NCBI RefSeq assembly: GCF_036321535.1
Contig: NC_087447.1
Coordinates: 248,001 to 312,000, forward strand
From: Camelus dromedarius
Lineage: Eukaryota
DNA: 64,000 bases
Direction of reading: 5' to 3'
Shown here: piece by piece, positions 11,801 through 23,645 of the stretch
How the letters are laid out: each line of letters opens with the position of its first letter
How positions within the stretch are numbered: the stretch's first letter is position 1
Notes under the pieces: model-generated
The model's input: the letters and a program-made list of their open reading frames with translations, nothing else
Database searches by the model: none
Told to the model about the DNA's origin: nothing
Made by a program: the position numbers and the translations under genes

Positions 11801-13015
11801 GGAGCCCACTCTCCGGGAGTTTACAGTCTGTAAGGGGAGCCAGAACTTCAGAGCGAGGGAGGAAAGGAGGCAGGAGGCAGTGGAGGGTGCCAACCTCCGG
11901 GCAGAGCAGGCGGGACGAGAAGGCAGGGGACTCTGAGGGGCAGCAAGAAGCATGAGGTCAGCATCCCAGACAGGCCCAGGGGCCTGTGAGGATTCAAGGT
12001 CTGCGCTGGGCTTAAGGGAGGTGCCAGGGAGGTTGGGGCCTTGAGGGCCGGCACCTGTGCTCACCAGCCCCTTTCTCACCTGCAGTGGGCAGGCGTGCTG
12101 AGCCGGCTGGCTCTGGAGCAGGAGCGCATCCTGAACCCGCTGCTGGACCGAGTTCGGACCGCTGACCACCACCAGCTGCGCTCACTGACTGGCCTCATCC
12201 GAAACCTGTCTCGGAACGCCAGGAACAAGGATGAGATGTGTGAGTCTGGCTGTCCCGGAGCCAGGGTTTTGCCTCACCCTGCCTGGCTGGGCTCACCCCT
12301 GGACTTTGCTGCTGCCCATTGGGCAGCTTCTGGGAAGCCAGAGCCGGTGGACAGACAGGCATGGAAGGTGCCGAGGTGGCTGGGGGGGCGGTAGAGCCTG
12401 ACCTTCCCACCTCCTGGCAGCCACCAAGGTGGTGAGTCACCTGATCGAGAAGCTGCCTGGCAGCGTGGGTGAGAAGTGCCCTCCGGCTGACGTGCTCGTG
12501 AACATCATAGCCGTGCTCAACAACCTGGTGGTGGCCAGTCCAGTCGCCGCCCGGGACCTGCTTTACTTCGATGGACTCCGCAAGCTGGTCTTCCTCAAGA
12601 AGATGCGGGACAGGTCAGGGCCCAACCTCACACCCGGCCCAGGGTGCCCCAGCCCACCCCATCTCTGGCCATGCCCGTTGCCCTGCTGACCCCTGCCCCC
12701 TGCCCCCAGCCCTGACAGTGAGAAGTCCTCGAGGGCGGCCTCCAGCCTCCTGGCCAACCTGTGGCAGTACAGCAAGCTCCACCGAGACTTCCGGGCGGTA
12801 TGTCCGCAGTCCAGGATGGGCAGGCCCCAAGCGCAGGGTGGGGGCCGGGGACGGCGGGGAGGGACGCGGAAGCCCGTGTGGCACCGGAGACCGGGGAGAC
12901 CAGGGTTCTGCTTCCAGCACACTGGGGCGGACGGGTGCAGGGCAGCACATCCTGACCCTGGGTTCCCTCTCCACTGCAGAAGGGCTACCGAAAGGAGGAC
13001 TTCCTGGGCCCGTAG
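5897..13015 (+). CDS. PKP3: Plakophilin-3 (desmosomal armadillo protein), isoform a, 798 aa
   Basis: Exons 5897-6131, 8348-8427, 8574-9205, 9294-9417, 9868-10072, 10406-10580, 11072-11189, 11260-11430, 11506-11691, 12086-12239, 12421-12613, 12710-12797, 12980-13015. All GT-AG; total 2397 nt, open. Starts MQDGNFLLSALQPEAGVCSLALPSDLQLDRR, contains arm repeats (FDDIDLPSAVKYLMASDPNLQVLGAAYIQHKC, ILWNLSSSDHLKDRLARD) and ends GYRKEDFLGP*. Confidence 0.98.
6246..6273. promoter_or_regulatory. Pair of consensus AP-1 sites at the start of PKP3 intron 1
   Basis: TGACTCA at 6246-6252 and TGAGTCA at 6267-6273. Motif match only. Confidence 0.35.
6826..6896. repeat. Imperfect (TG)n/TGCA microsatellite, PKP3 intron 1
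   Basis: GCATGCATGCGTGTGCGTGCATGTGTGTGATGAATGTGTGAGTACGTGTGAGTGTGTGTGCGTGCATGAGTG. Confidence 0.8.
9588..9865. repeat. Degenerate CA-rich low-complexity repeat, PKP3 intron 4
   Basis: Recurring ACACCTGCA(T)/CACAC/TGCACG units fill most of the intron up to the acceptor. Confidence 0.75.
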
Positions 13016-13333
13016 GCAAGGCCTTCCTTGGAGAAGGAGGACGGAACGTGACCCGGCCTCCGAGGGACGGGCTCAGCTCAGGGCTGCTCGCCAGCCAGCT
13101 TGAGAAGGTTGATGATGGCCCAGGGGCCTCTCAACGGAGCCCCATCCATGTGCGACTTGAAGGCATGGGCCATGGGGGAGGGGACAGGGGCTTGTGGCTA
13201 GGGACTTGGCTTCTGCAGGGCAGGGAGTGGGGCAGGGCTTGAGGCTGATCTGATGCGTGGGGTCGTGGCCAGGTGACTGGCAGAGGTGGGGCTGGCTGTG
13301 GCCCAGGAGGGCCTTGGGACAACCAGCGCTGGG

Positions 13334-13339
13334 AATAAA
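13334..13339 (+). terminator. PKP3 polyadenylation signal
   Basis: AATAAA about 320 nt after the stop codon. Confidence 0.8.
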
Positions 13340-14217
13340 AGTGGCCGTGAACACAGCAGCCACAGCCCTGCGTGCTTCTTGGGCTGGCCAGACCTGGGGG
13401 TTGGATCCAAGGATTCAGCAGTGTCCTCCAGCACAACCATGCCCACCCCTGAGGACACCCGCCCTGAGCCCACACACAGGCGTCTCCGTGTCAGGAGACC
13501 CAGGACAGGGAGGAGGGCGTGTCCAGCAGTGGGAGGCCAAAGAGTGGAGGAGACGGGGCAGCAGCAGTGGCAGCCTCAGCCCAAGTGAAGCACTGGTGCA
13601 GCAGAGCTGGGGACCTCGCGAGCAGAGCAATGACCGCTCCTGGGACAACTGGAACTGCTGCTGGCTTTGGTGCTGCCCTGCTGGGCTGGGCTCATGTGGC
13701 ACATGCACCCAACACCTCTCTGCCCTGCCTCACTGGGCCTGGGGGTGCCCCGACAGGACTCATGCTGTCTGTCTGAGGCTTGGGGTCCAGTAGGTGCTGG
13801 GCCCCCTCCCCATCTCACCAAGTTAGGCCATTTGGTTGTGAACCTCCCACTGATATTTTTACAACCAAAGGCTTCTTCTGCAAAGTTTAGAATCTGAAGT
13901 CTCTAGGGGCCTGCCCCCCCAGGGTCTGTCTGGAGCGGAGTGAGACTGGAGATATCACTCCCCCAAGCAGGGAAACCTGAGGAAGCCACTGCAAAAGATG
14001 TGTCTGGCTGGGTCAGGGTAGAGGAGGACGGGGAGAGAGTGGGTTTGTGTGGTTGGCCAGATTTGGTGACCGAGTGGCCATGTGGTGAGAAAAGGGAGGG
14101 GTCCAGGGCCCTGGAGGGCCTGAGACAGAAGTGAGGGGTGCTCTGCCCAAGACACTGGACGCCTGCTTCCTGCCCCAGGAGAGGAGAGACCAAGACCCGG
14201 GTAAGATTCAAAAGGAC

Positions 14218-14223
14218 TTTATT
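14218..14223 (-). terminator. SIGIRR polyadenylation signal
   Basis: TTTATT on + (AATAAA on -), about 145 nt after the stop codon. Confidence 0.8.
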
Positions 14224-14367
14224 TGTGGCACAAGACTGGAGTCACTCCCTTTCCCCGAGGTCCCAGGGCCACAGGTAGATGGGGCTCGTGGTCCTGCTAA
14301 ACTAGGGGAAAAAGCCACCCTGCCCTGCCCCTAGCTGTCCCTGGTGGTCCTGCTGCTCCAGCCCGGA

Positions 14368-17300
14368 CTACACGTCTTCCTCTGACACCAGACAGTAGAA
14401 GTCCGTGCGGGCACTGTAGTTTCTGGAGCCGAGATCCGAGATATCCACCTCACTGCCGCGGCCTTCTCCAAGTGAGACCCCACTTGCGTGCGGTGGAGCT
14501 GATGGCTCCCCAAAGACAGGTCCTCGTACACCTGGGGAGGGGGTACCGCCAGGCCTGAGGCTGGGCTGCTCACAGCCTGCCTCCTGCCAGTCACTCCCTG
14601 CTGCCCCTCCTGCATGGTAGCATTTGAGGTCCCAGAAGTTCCCAGGCAGGCCCTGGGCTCAACCTCCTCCATGGAAAGAGGCAGCCAGAGGTGCTCGGCT
14701 GCAGGGGGCAGTCCCCACCTCATGGACACCTTTCCCAGCTCCTCCACCTTATGCAGTCCTCCTCCAACCAAGGCTGAGCTTCCCAGGGTCAGGGGTGGGC
14801 ATACCCAGGTCCCCCTCGGGGTCAGGGTCCAGCTCTGGGTCCAGGCTCCGACCTTCCGGGACCCGGCTTCCCACAATCAGCATGGGGTCTTTGTCATCCT
14901 GCAGCCGGGTCTGGGGGTCTCCCTCCATCGCTCTGTACTGCACCTTCCGCGGCAGTGCCAGCTGTAGCTCTTTCCAAAAATCGGAGGAAGGCATCTGGCG
15001 GCCAGGGTGGGGCAATCAGCGTGTGTAAACACAGCGTGTATAAACACATGGGGGTTCCCAACGCTGGAAGCCCCTGGCCTCCTTAGCCCCAGAGTACACC
15101 TCGCAGCGCGCATTCACCTGGCTCCAGGGACCTTCAAGCAGGGTCCCTCCTCTGGGCACCTGGCCACAGAACCCCCGCCCATGGGGTTCCATCCACAACC
15201 CCCCTCCCCGCCTCTCCGCACCACGGAGCCGGGCCTCCAGAGCAGCAGGGTCACCAGATGGCGGTGCTGGCGCAGCAGGCGAAGCGCGGGGTGCGCCGGG
15301 TCTCGCCGCTGGCCCTCGAAGGTGATGAAGATGGGTTTACGCGTGAGCTCCAGCAGTCGGCACAGGCCCTCCCTGCGGGGGAGGGACGTCAGGGGGGGCG
15401 CGGCTGGGGCCCACCCAACCCCGCGCGGGACCCACCGGAAGCTGTGGCTGCACCAGGCCCGGCCCAGGAAGGCGTCCGACAGCACCACGACGAGGCGCCG
15501 GCAGCGGCTCAGGTTCACCAGGAGGTCGGCGGACGGCTCTGCGGGAACAGGAGCGTAGGCAGGCGCTGGGCGGGGCCCTAGACGGGGCGAGGCCCGGGCC
15601 TGGGGTGGGGGCGGGGCGCCTCGGTACCCGCGCGCGGCAGGAGGTCGCGATCATCCAGGAAGAGCTTGTAACCCCGACGCCGCTCCAGCTGCGGCTTCAG
15701 GATGAAGTTCACGAACTTCCGGTCCTCGGGGCTGTCGCTGTAGGAGATGTAGGCGTCGTAGAGCTTCCCATCTGCGGGCGGCGGCGGGTCAGCGCGGCCG
15801 CTTTCCAGGCCTGGGCCCGCCACCCTCGGGGTCCCCTAATCCTCTCCCAGTGTGCAGCAAGGGCCAGGTCTGCGCCCCAGACGCAGATCCAGCAGATTCC
15901 CCGGCCCCAGTCGTGCCTAGACCCCTCCCTCACACGGGATTCCAAGTGGAGCCCAGGAACCGGGATACCGTGTCCCCCTTCCGCCAGCCCTGTGCCTTCC
16001 TGGGCTGCATGGAGACACCCGTTTCCTGGACTCCGTGCTCGCCAGAGCCCTCCAGGGATGGATGCCCCCTTGACCCCACCTCCAGAGCTGCTCACGTTTG
16101 TTGGGGGCAACCCCCCCCAACCCAGACCTGAGCCCAGGGAGGCCCCGTGGCTGACTCCTCATCCCCGTCCATCTGGGACCCACGCACCGTTCATCTCCAC
16201 CTCCCCGTACGTGTCTTGGTACCAGAGCAATACATTGAGTCGACACTTCACATACAGCAGAGCTGTCAGGAGCAGGACCAGCAGGACTAGGAGTGAAGCC
16301 AGCACCGCAGCCACATGTCCAGCTGGGCCTGGGGACAGAGCTACAGCCTGAGCCTCTGACCACCCCAGCACCCTCCAGGCCTAAAGGCTTCCCAGGCCTC
16401 CCTCCTACCCTCTACCCCAGTGAACCCCCCTCACCAGCTCTCCAAAGAGTAAAGGAGGAGGAGCTGACGTTCTGGATGGAGCAGGTGAAGGTCCCAAAGT
16501 CCTCCGCACTGGTCAGGTTGACCCCCAGGACACTGGACACAAGCACCTCTGACAAGTTGGCCTTGACCCTGGGGAAACCAGGCCCCACCCCCTCACCTGG
16601 GGCCCGAGAGCATCACTGGATGCCCCTTAGCCCCATCTGTCTGGGACTCATCCAAAGAGGCTGCAAATTTGGGCCTCCTAGGCAGTCCTTGGGCCACAAG
16701 CTAAGAGAAATGGCCAGAATCAAGGGGGTGTGGATCTGTTTGGAGATAGTTACCCTAATCCTGCATATGGGTCCTGGGGGTCCTCTGACCCCTGCTGGCA
16801 CTCATGGCCCTGAGTGGACCACAAGGTGTCTAAGGGGCCATCTATTCCTGCAGTCACTGATGGTTAGTCTGCATCCAGAGTGGCAGTCTGCTCGTGTCAC
16901 ATCTGGGCAGTCACTCCCCAGCCCGTGTCCAGGTAGTTGTAGACCAGGGTGTAGGTCAGAGAGGCCACAGGCCATGGGTGTATCCAGCGTGGTTACCTGA
17001 CCCTGGACACCCTCCTCTCTTACCAGGAGTCCTCGTGGAGGGCATGGTGTCTTCCACTGCCCAGCAGCAGCCCATCTTTCAGCCACTGGACTGAGGGCAG
17101 GGGGCAGTGGGGCCCAGAGACCACCGAGGCGGTGCAGTTCAGAGTGACCGCACTGCCTAGGGCAGACCCCAGCGCCTGGTGTCCAGATGGGGAGAGGAAG
17201 TCAGGGGCCCTGTTGCAGACTCCTGCAGAGAGAGGAACCTGTGCATTAGCCATGCTTGCAGTGCCAGGCTCCCATGGTCCACAGATGGTCTGTGGTCCGG

Positions 17301-18134
17301 GAAAAAACCAAGCTGGCTAGTGGCACGTGTTGCATGGTGGCCACACCATGTCCATCCACGAGTCCTGTGGGGGACAGGGCCTGGCATTTGGCATACCTTC
17401 TTCCCCCAGCAGCAGCTGGTTCTTGTGTGTTCTGCCTGCCCTGGCTCCGAGGGGATGTTAGCTGGAGGGCATTTCCGGAGTCAGAGCTGAGCTGACCCAA
17501 CCCCACCCCAGCCCAGCAGGGCCCACCTAACTGCTCATCCACCCAGGGCATAAGCCTGGCCCCCACATTTCCCATGTGCACCTGTTGCCCATTGCTGTGA
17601 GGCCCAGGCCCTGGCCTTTCTGCTGGGGGAGCTACAGTGAGTGTGGACACTGGTGGTTTAGGGGATTCAGGGGTTGGGCATGCCAGCACGTGTCACCTGG
17701 TGTGGGAGTCTGGGGTTCCAGGACCCTCTACTCCAGGCCACAAGCAAGCCTTCTCACCTCCTGGAGATCCAAACTTTCTCATCTTTAGAATGGGGGGATG
17801 AGCCCCAGGGGGAGGTCAGAGAAGACTGTCATCGTCTTGGTAGTGTGGTCTCCCACCCATCCCACCCCCAACAGCCCCTACCAGTGCCCGCTCCCAGTAT
17901 CCCTGGGCTTTACCCCACTAGCCTGGTCTAGAGGCCTTGGGCAGGAGAGGGTTCAAGGCCCATCCTAACGGTGGGGTCAGGACCCTGGGCCATGAGGGTG
18001 GGGTGAACAGAGGCCTTTGTACCCCTGGCTTGAGGCCAAGCAGAGAGCCGGGCAACATTGCAGGAGTCAGCCTGAGGGGCAGGAGGTAGGAGTGGAGCCC
18101 GAGCCGATCCCTCTCTGACCCATCTACCTGCCAT
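14368..18134 (-). CDS. SIGIRR: Single Ig IL-1-related receptor (IL-1R8/TIR8), 410 aa
   Basis: Coding exons 18128-18134 (ATGGCAG; exon probably starts about 18290), 17024-17222, 16435-16568, 16188-16328, 15628-15771, 15436-15538, 15222-15372, 14805-14994, 14368-14531. All GT-AG; total 1233 nt, open. Ig domain ([30 protein letters not shown]), TM ([21 protein letters not shown]), TIR ([29 protein letters not shown]), tail ending [13 protein letters not shown]. Confidence 0.98.
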
Positions 18135-19837
18135 GGTCTGGCCGGGGCCTCCTCGGGGCAGGCTGGGTACTGGGGCCACCCACGGCTCCACGGGGCTCCT
18201 TGGCCGAGCAGACTGGTCCCCCAAGGGCTGGGCAAAACTCACTCTCTGTCCTTGTATCAGGTCAGTCAGGGCTCCAGGACGGGTCGGAGGCTGCCGCCAT
18301 CCCCAGGGAGCAAGTTAAATGAGAACAGGGTCAGTTAACGTGTAACTTTGGCTGCAGAAACACTGCCTCTGCACCAGCTGCCTAATGGAAGCCGGCAGAG
18401 CGTCAGGCACCCGCACAGCACCCGGTCCCTTACACGTGGCGGGAGTGGCGCCACCTTGCACAGCCCAGGGGGTTGGTCGGGGCCCTCGGGCTGAACTTCT
18501 GCTCCAGGGCCACCATGACGGCCCAGGGTGGGGCAGTGTCCCCAGCACCCCTCATGAGCCTGGGAGTTGGCCTCTTCCCACGTCCCCTGGGACGGGGCCG
18601 CCGCACTTAGCTGCCCTGAGGCTGCCAGACTGAGCCACGCTCCCAGCTGGGGCTTTGTTCTGGGCTCAGTCCTGGGTGCGACATGCCCTCGGGAACGCGG
18701 CACCTGAGGCTGAGGCTGAGCTGGGCCGAGGCGTCAAGGCAGGAGAGGCAAGTGGGGCCAGGCTGGGCCTGACGGGGCATCCCTCTTTCTGGGTCCTGTG
18801 CCGGCGCCCCCACCTGTTTGTCATCTTCAAACCCAGAGACCTTTGTCCACACTGTCTAGTTCTCCAAGGGAAGTCCCCACCCACTCATAGGTGACCCTTC
18901 TCCCCTCCGTGGGCTCTGGGGCCACTTCCAGCCAGTCAGCAGCCTCTTGGCACAAAAATCTCTACAGTGAGCTGGGCTGAAAGGCCGGGGCATGAAGCCC
19001 CAGCGCAGGGGCCTTCGCGACAGCCTCCTTGGCAGCTGGGCCCCGGCTACCTCTTCCTTGTCACCGAGGTCCACCCTGTTAATCCAGTGGGTATCCATCC
19101 ACTCCACTCCCTCCCTCCCTGCCAAGTGGACACACTGGGGCCCAGCTCCTTCAACACTCCCTCCCTCCCCACCAGTAGGACCCCTGAGACTTTGCAGGGA
19201 TGAGTCTCAGCCTGCCTCCCACTCCTGCACGGATGACCCCCTGTGGACCTGGCCCAGCTTCTGCCCCTGGTTTGGAGGGGCTGGAATTTCCTCACTAATT
19301 AGTGGAGTGTCAGGCTTGATCCCTTGGGGGCTAGTGCAGAAAGTCCTTCCAGAAGCCCTTTGGAGTGAAGGGCAGGCCTGGGAAGGTCCTTGAAGCAGGA
19401 GAACCAGCCACTGAGGGACTGTGGAAGACTGGGCAGCTCACACCCCCTCTCCCAAAAGGAACTTCCTGCAACCCAGCAGGTCCTAGGGCAACTCCTGCAG
19501 TGCCTCCTTGGCCTCCCCAAGCTCAGAAGACCTCCCACCCCTGGAAATGCAATCTCAGATCCTCCTGGAAGTTAAGACCAAACTGCATGGCCAGGAGACA
19601 GGTGTTCCCCTGCATACCCCTCCCTGTACAGTCTGCCCTGTATACCTCTCCCCTCCACACCTTCCCCTGCAGTCTCCCTTGCACACCCCACACACACCCT
19701 GACCTGCACAACCCCCTGCAGCTTCTGTGCTGCACACTCTCCCTGCCATTTCCCCTGCAACAGCCCCTCTGTACAGTCGGCGCCATACACCCACCCCCTG
19801 CACCCCACACAGGCCTACAGTAAGCTCCTGGCCCCTG

Positions 19838-20046
19838 TGTACACGTGCACACGCCCCACACTCACACACACTGGTGGTCTACACACCTGGCACACACAGC
19901 ACACACTTGCCACAGCTCCCACAGGGCACACAGCCACGAGCATCTGTACACACCTCACACCACACTCACTGCACCTCACACACCCCTCAGCCTCCCATCA
20001 CCCCTCACTCTCACTGGTGCACGCACATGATGCACACATGTGCCAC
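19838..20046. repeat. CA-rich low-complexity tract
   Basis: Interrupted CACAC/ACACCT runs across about 200 bp. Confidence 0.65.
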
Positions 20047-21749
20047 ATGCTTTGCGGGCCTCTCCTTAGCCAGGCCTGATTTTGAGGACAGGCCTCAGGC
20101 CAGGAAAGGCACCCAAGGACAAGGACACTGGCTCACGCCGAGAAGCAAGGCCACTGTGGGAGGGCACGAAGTCACCTGGTTCCAGCTCTTTCCTCCTGAG
20201 TCGGGGAGGTCGGTCACTGAGGGCACTGACTTGTGCTTTGGAGCAAACTCTTTGCTCAGCTGGGCCCCCGGCCCAGTCCAAAGCACCACGGCTGCCCCGG
20301 ACGCATTGCCAAGCACGGTGAGGACCTGGCTTTTGTTTGTGTGTTTTATTCAGAACTTTCCCCGTAGCTTCCTGGCTTCGCAGTCACATCCTCTCCTAAA
20401 CCCAAACCCCACCCAAGCACCCACCCTCCTCTGAGGCGGGCTGGCGGGCAGTTGGTGGTTCTCCCCGTTGGCCCCGCCTGCCCCGCTCTTCCTGTAACTC
20501 TGAGTCAAGCGGCTCCTTCCTCTGGGGCCCACCCCAGTCCATCCAGGCACCGTCCTTCCGCAGGCCAGACCTGGAAGGTGGGCAGAGGCTGCACCAGTAC
20601 TCGGGCCCAGGGTGATATGTCAGGGTCCTGGCAGGCAAACCCTCCCCCCATCAGGGCCGTCCTGCACACACACAAGGAGCTGGGCAGTATGGCCTGCTTT
20701 CTGGACACCCCTACGATTCCAACACCCAGGAGAGGGCGGAGTCTCCACGTAGCTCCTGGGCCCAAGTGAGCAACCCTAAGTACCCCTGACCTCTGACCTG
20801 TGGGGGTGATGGGGCTTCTGTGGAAACTCTCACCAGCAATGGGGCCTTGGGCTGGGTTCTTTGGCTCCCTCCCTGTCCACCTCCCAGGTGTAGCCCCCAA
20901 ACAGTGAGCAGCTACAAGGGGGCTGGGGTATCACATGGACCTTAGTTTCAGGCGGGGAAGGGAGAGAAGTGCCGCCTTCCCTAGACAAGGAAGCAAACAG
21001 GAGGCCTCAGCAGAGGCGCCCAGCTCTGAGCCCAGTGTGGGGGGATGGGCAGCCAGCATCCCCTGTTGCCACCACCGATTCCCGCGCCCCGACACCAGAC
21101 TGATGAAGGACTCAGGGCCCAGCGACAGGTAGCTGGTATCGCTGCCCGCAGAAATCAGGCAAGAGTCCCCTCCAGCCCCTGTCCCTGCCCCCACCCACAC
21201 AGGGCAGGGCCTTCCAGGGGCGCATCCTCAGGGCAGCACCTGCTTCCCCACATCCTTAATCTGACCCCGCCCAAGCCCCCCTGCTCAAAGCCCTGGTGGC
21301 CTTCAAGACTCTTAGGTGACAGCGCATCTTGGGCTCAGGGTCTCGCAGAACTGGAGGAAGGCCTGACTGCACCTCTTCCCCACTGATCCTCAGCTTCCTG
21401 GACGCCTGTTGGAGCTGGTAGGAGCCCGTCCTGCAAGCTGCCCTGGGGGCGCTGAGGCCGAGTAGGCAGCACAAGCACCTGACGGACAGGTTACTGGCCG
21501 CCAGCAGTCAGTGACCTGCCCAGGAGCACCCAGGCAGGAAGCAAAGAGCTCTCGTGTCCCCAACCAGTCTTGCTGCCCCTCAGAGGTCCTGGCAGACGGC
21601 CTGCTGCTCTGGATGCCCGTCTGTACCGGCATCTCACAGCCATAGCTGCACGCCCCGCTAGCCGGTAACCGCCACGCGTACCCTCCCTCGTCCCCCAGGC
21701 CCACTCCCCAAAGAGAGCATAACCTCCACGTTGCCTCAGGCGCTCTCCA

Positions 21750-22950
21750 GAACAGCCCTTCCGCGTCCGAGCCCGCCCCCTGCACCGCCCACCACACTCT
21801 GTCCCGCGCCGTGCGGTTCCTAGAAAGCCCAGACCCTTCCCACCCTCCGGCCTCGCGCTGGAGCTCCAGTGCCTCCGCCAGCCCCCGCCCAGCGCCGCTC
21901 CCTTTCCCCGCCCTGCCGTATGGTCTGCTGCTCCGCACCCCACAGTCTCTGAGCGACTCCCCCTCTTTGGGGGCGGGCAGCCCCTCTGCGCCTTGTGCGT
22001 GCCGCATCTCCTGAAGGGAAGAACGTGCACAAACGCCTGGGCCCCACAAGCCGAGAGGCGCCCACGACACCCGGGTCTCCCTCGCCGCACACCCCGCACC
22101 TGCCCTCCGCCTTCCCGGAGGGGTGGACAGGCCTTAGCATCGCCCACCCTCCAGGTGCGGTGAGCGGGCGGGGCGGGCCGCGCGCGGTTGGGGGGCGCGG
22201 ACGGCCCGCAGGTCGGGGGCGCGCGCAGGCGGCGAGGGCGCGCACGGAAGGCAGAGAGGCGCGCGGACGGCGGTAGCTCCGCCCGGAGGCCGGCGCGCAG
22301 CGGCTCCAGCCGGCTTCACTGTCAGCCCCCGGCGCCCTGGGAGGCCTCAGACCTGGGCGCCGACCTTGGGGCGGAGGTGGGCGTCCCCTCGCGCCTCGGC
22401 GCTCTCTTCCCTCTCATGGGCGAGGGCCGCGAGGAAGCCACGGCTCACGTCAGGCGGAGCGGGAAAGAGCGGCGCTTGCCCCCACGAGGCTCAAGGGACC
22501 GGGACGCGGGCGAGCTCGGGCTTCCGGGCGACGTGGGCAACGAGCCCGGCTCCGGCGCACTTCCTGCGGAACCGCACCCACCGCGGCCCAGAGGCTCCCC
22601 GGGGCGAGAGGCACCCCGGCCCCCAGGCTTCAGGCCCGGTCCTGGCTCCCGGAAGCCGGAGACCTCCACTCACCTCCGTGGGTAGGAGCCACGATTGCCA
22701 CACCTGCTGCCAAGACCCGTGGCCCGCGCGGCCGCGGGGGTGGAGCGGCTCACCTGGGCCAGGCGGCGGCGACAGGCCCAGCGGCAGCTGCAGGTGCGGC
22801 CCCGCCCAGCAGCCAGGGCCGAGGGCGGGCCGAATGTCCCGCTTTGCGCCCAAGGCTGGTGCTTTGGACTGTCCCGCGCTCAGTCCTCAGCAGCCGCCGC
22901 CGCCGCGCCGGGGGGGGGGGGGGGGGGGCAGAGGCCAAACCGGCCCAACT
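21750..22950 (-). promoter_or_regulatory. CpG island, likely SIGIRR promoter and non-coding first exon(s)
   Basis: Dense CpG/GC boxes upstream of SIGIRR exon 2. Several minus-strand donor-like sites (GTGAG at about 22448, 22673, 22753) and a TGACGTGA CRE-like motif at about 22445. The exact exon 1 cannot be resolved. Confidence 0.7.
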
Positions 22951-23266
22951 AGCCCGGAGGGTCTCGGTGCCCCGGGGACTTCTCGGAAATCCCACCGTCC
23001 CCAGGATCACTTTGTGTGGTTCTGCCCCTCCCCCCAAGCTCTACCTCTTCCTCTAGGAAGCCTGCCTTGACTCTTGCCCCTAAACTCCAGGTGCAGTGAG
23101 GCTAGGACCTCAGTAAGGCGCCCCTCACCTGGAAATCCATGGAAACCCAGAGGAGGGCCAGGAGGCCACCACATTCCAGGCCTTTCCCCATCAGGGCCTC
23201 AGTTTCCCATCTAGCCCTGAGGGCAGACATAATCCACCAGAGGTCCAGAAATCAACACAAAGATGT

Positions 23267-23277
23267 TTTATTTTATT
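23267..23277 (-). terminator. ANO9 polyadenylation signal(s)
   Basis: Two overlapping TTTATT (AATAAA on -) about 370 nt after the stop codon. Confidence 0.8.
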
Positions 23278-23645
23278 ATAGAAAGTTCTGATGCTTGAGG
23301 GGATCCAGAGGGGTGGGGCAGGATCTGGGGCCCAGAAGTCAGAGGGAGGCTGGGGAAGCTGCGCCAGTTTTCCTGCGCTGTGACTGCATGAGAAGCTCCC
23401 CCCAGTTCTGTGGGTGGTGGGGTCGCTCAGAGTTCAAGTCAGGCAGTACCAAGCCTGAGCCTTAACAGGTGGAACAGGCCTCACAGACACTCCAGACATA
23501 CGTGGGCTCCCAGGACCCCACAAATGCCTGGGCCTTCTTAAAGCACCGCCCCCAGCACACAGCCAGGGGTGGGATGGGGTGGGGTGGCGGCAGCTCCGAG
23601 CCTGGGCCCCTGGGCACCACCGCCTCTTGCCCAGCTCTGGGTCCC

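Noticed and set aside
22910-22928. Long poly-G runs (also about 39468-39490 and 54855-54871) as G-quadruplex regulators
   Set aside because: Homopolymer lengths are unreliable in assemblies, and G4 potential is widespread in this region.
21390-23070. Several 165-234 aa ORFs in the CpG island
   Set aside because: Expected from stop-codon depletion at very high GC; no recognisable protein features.
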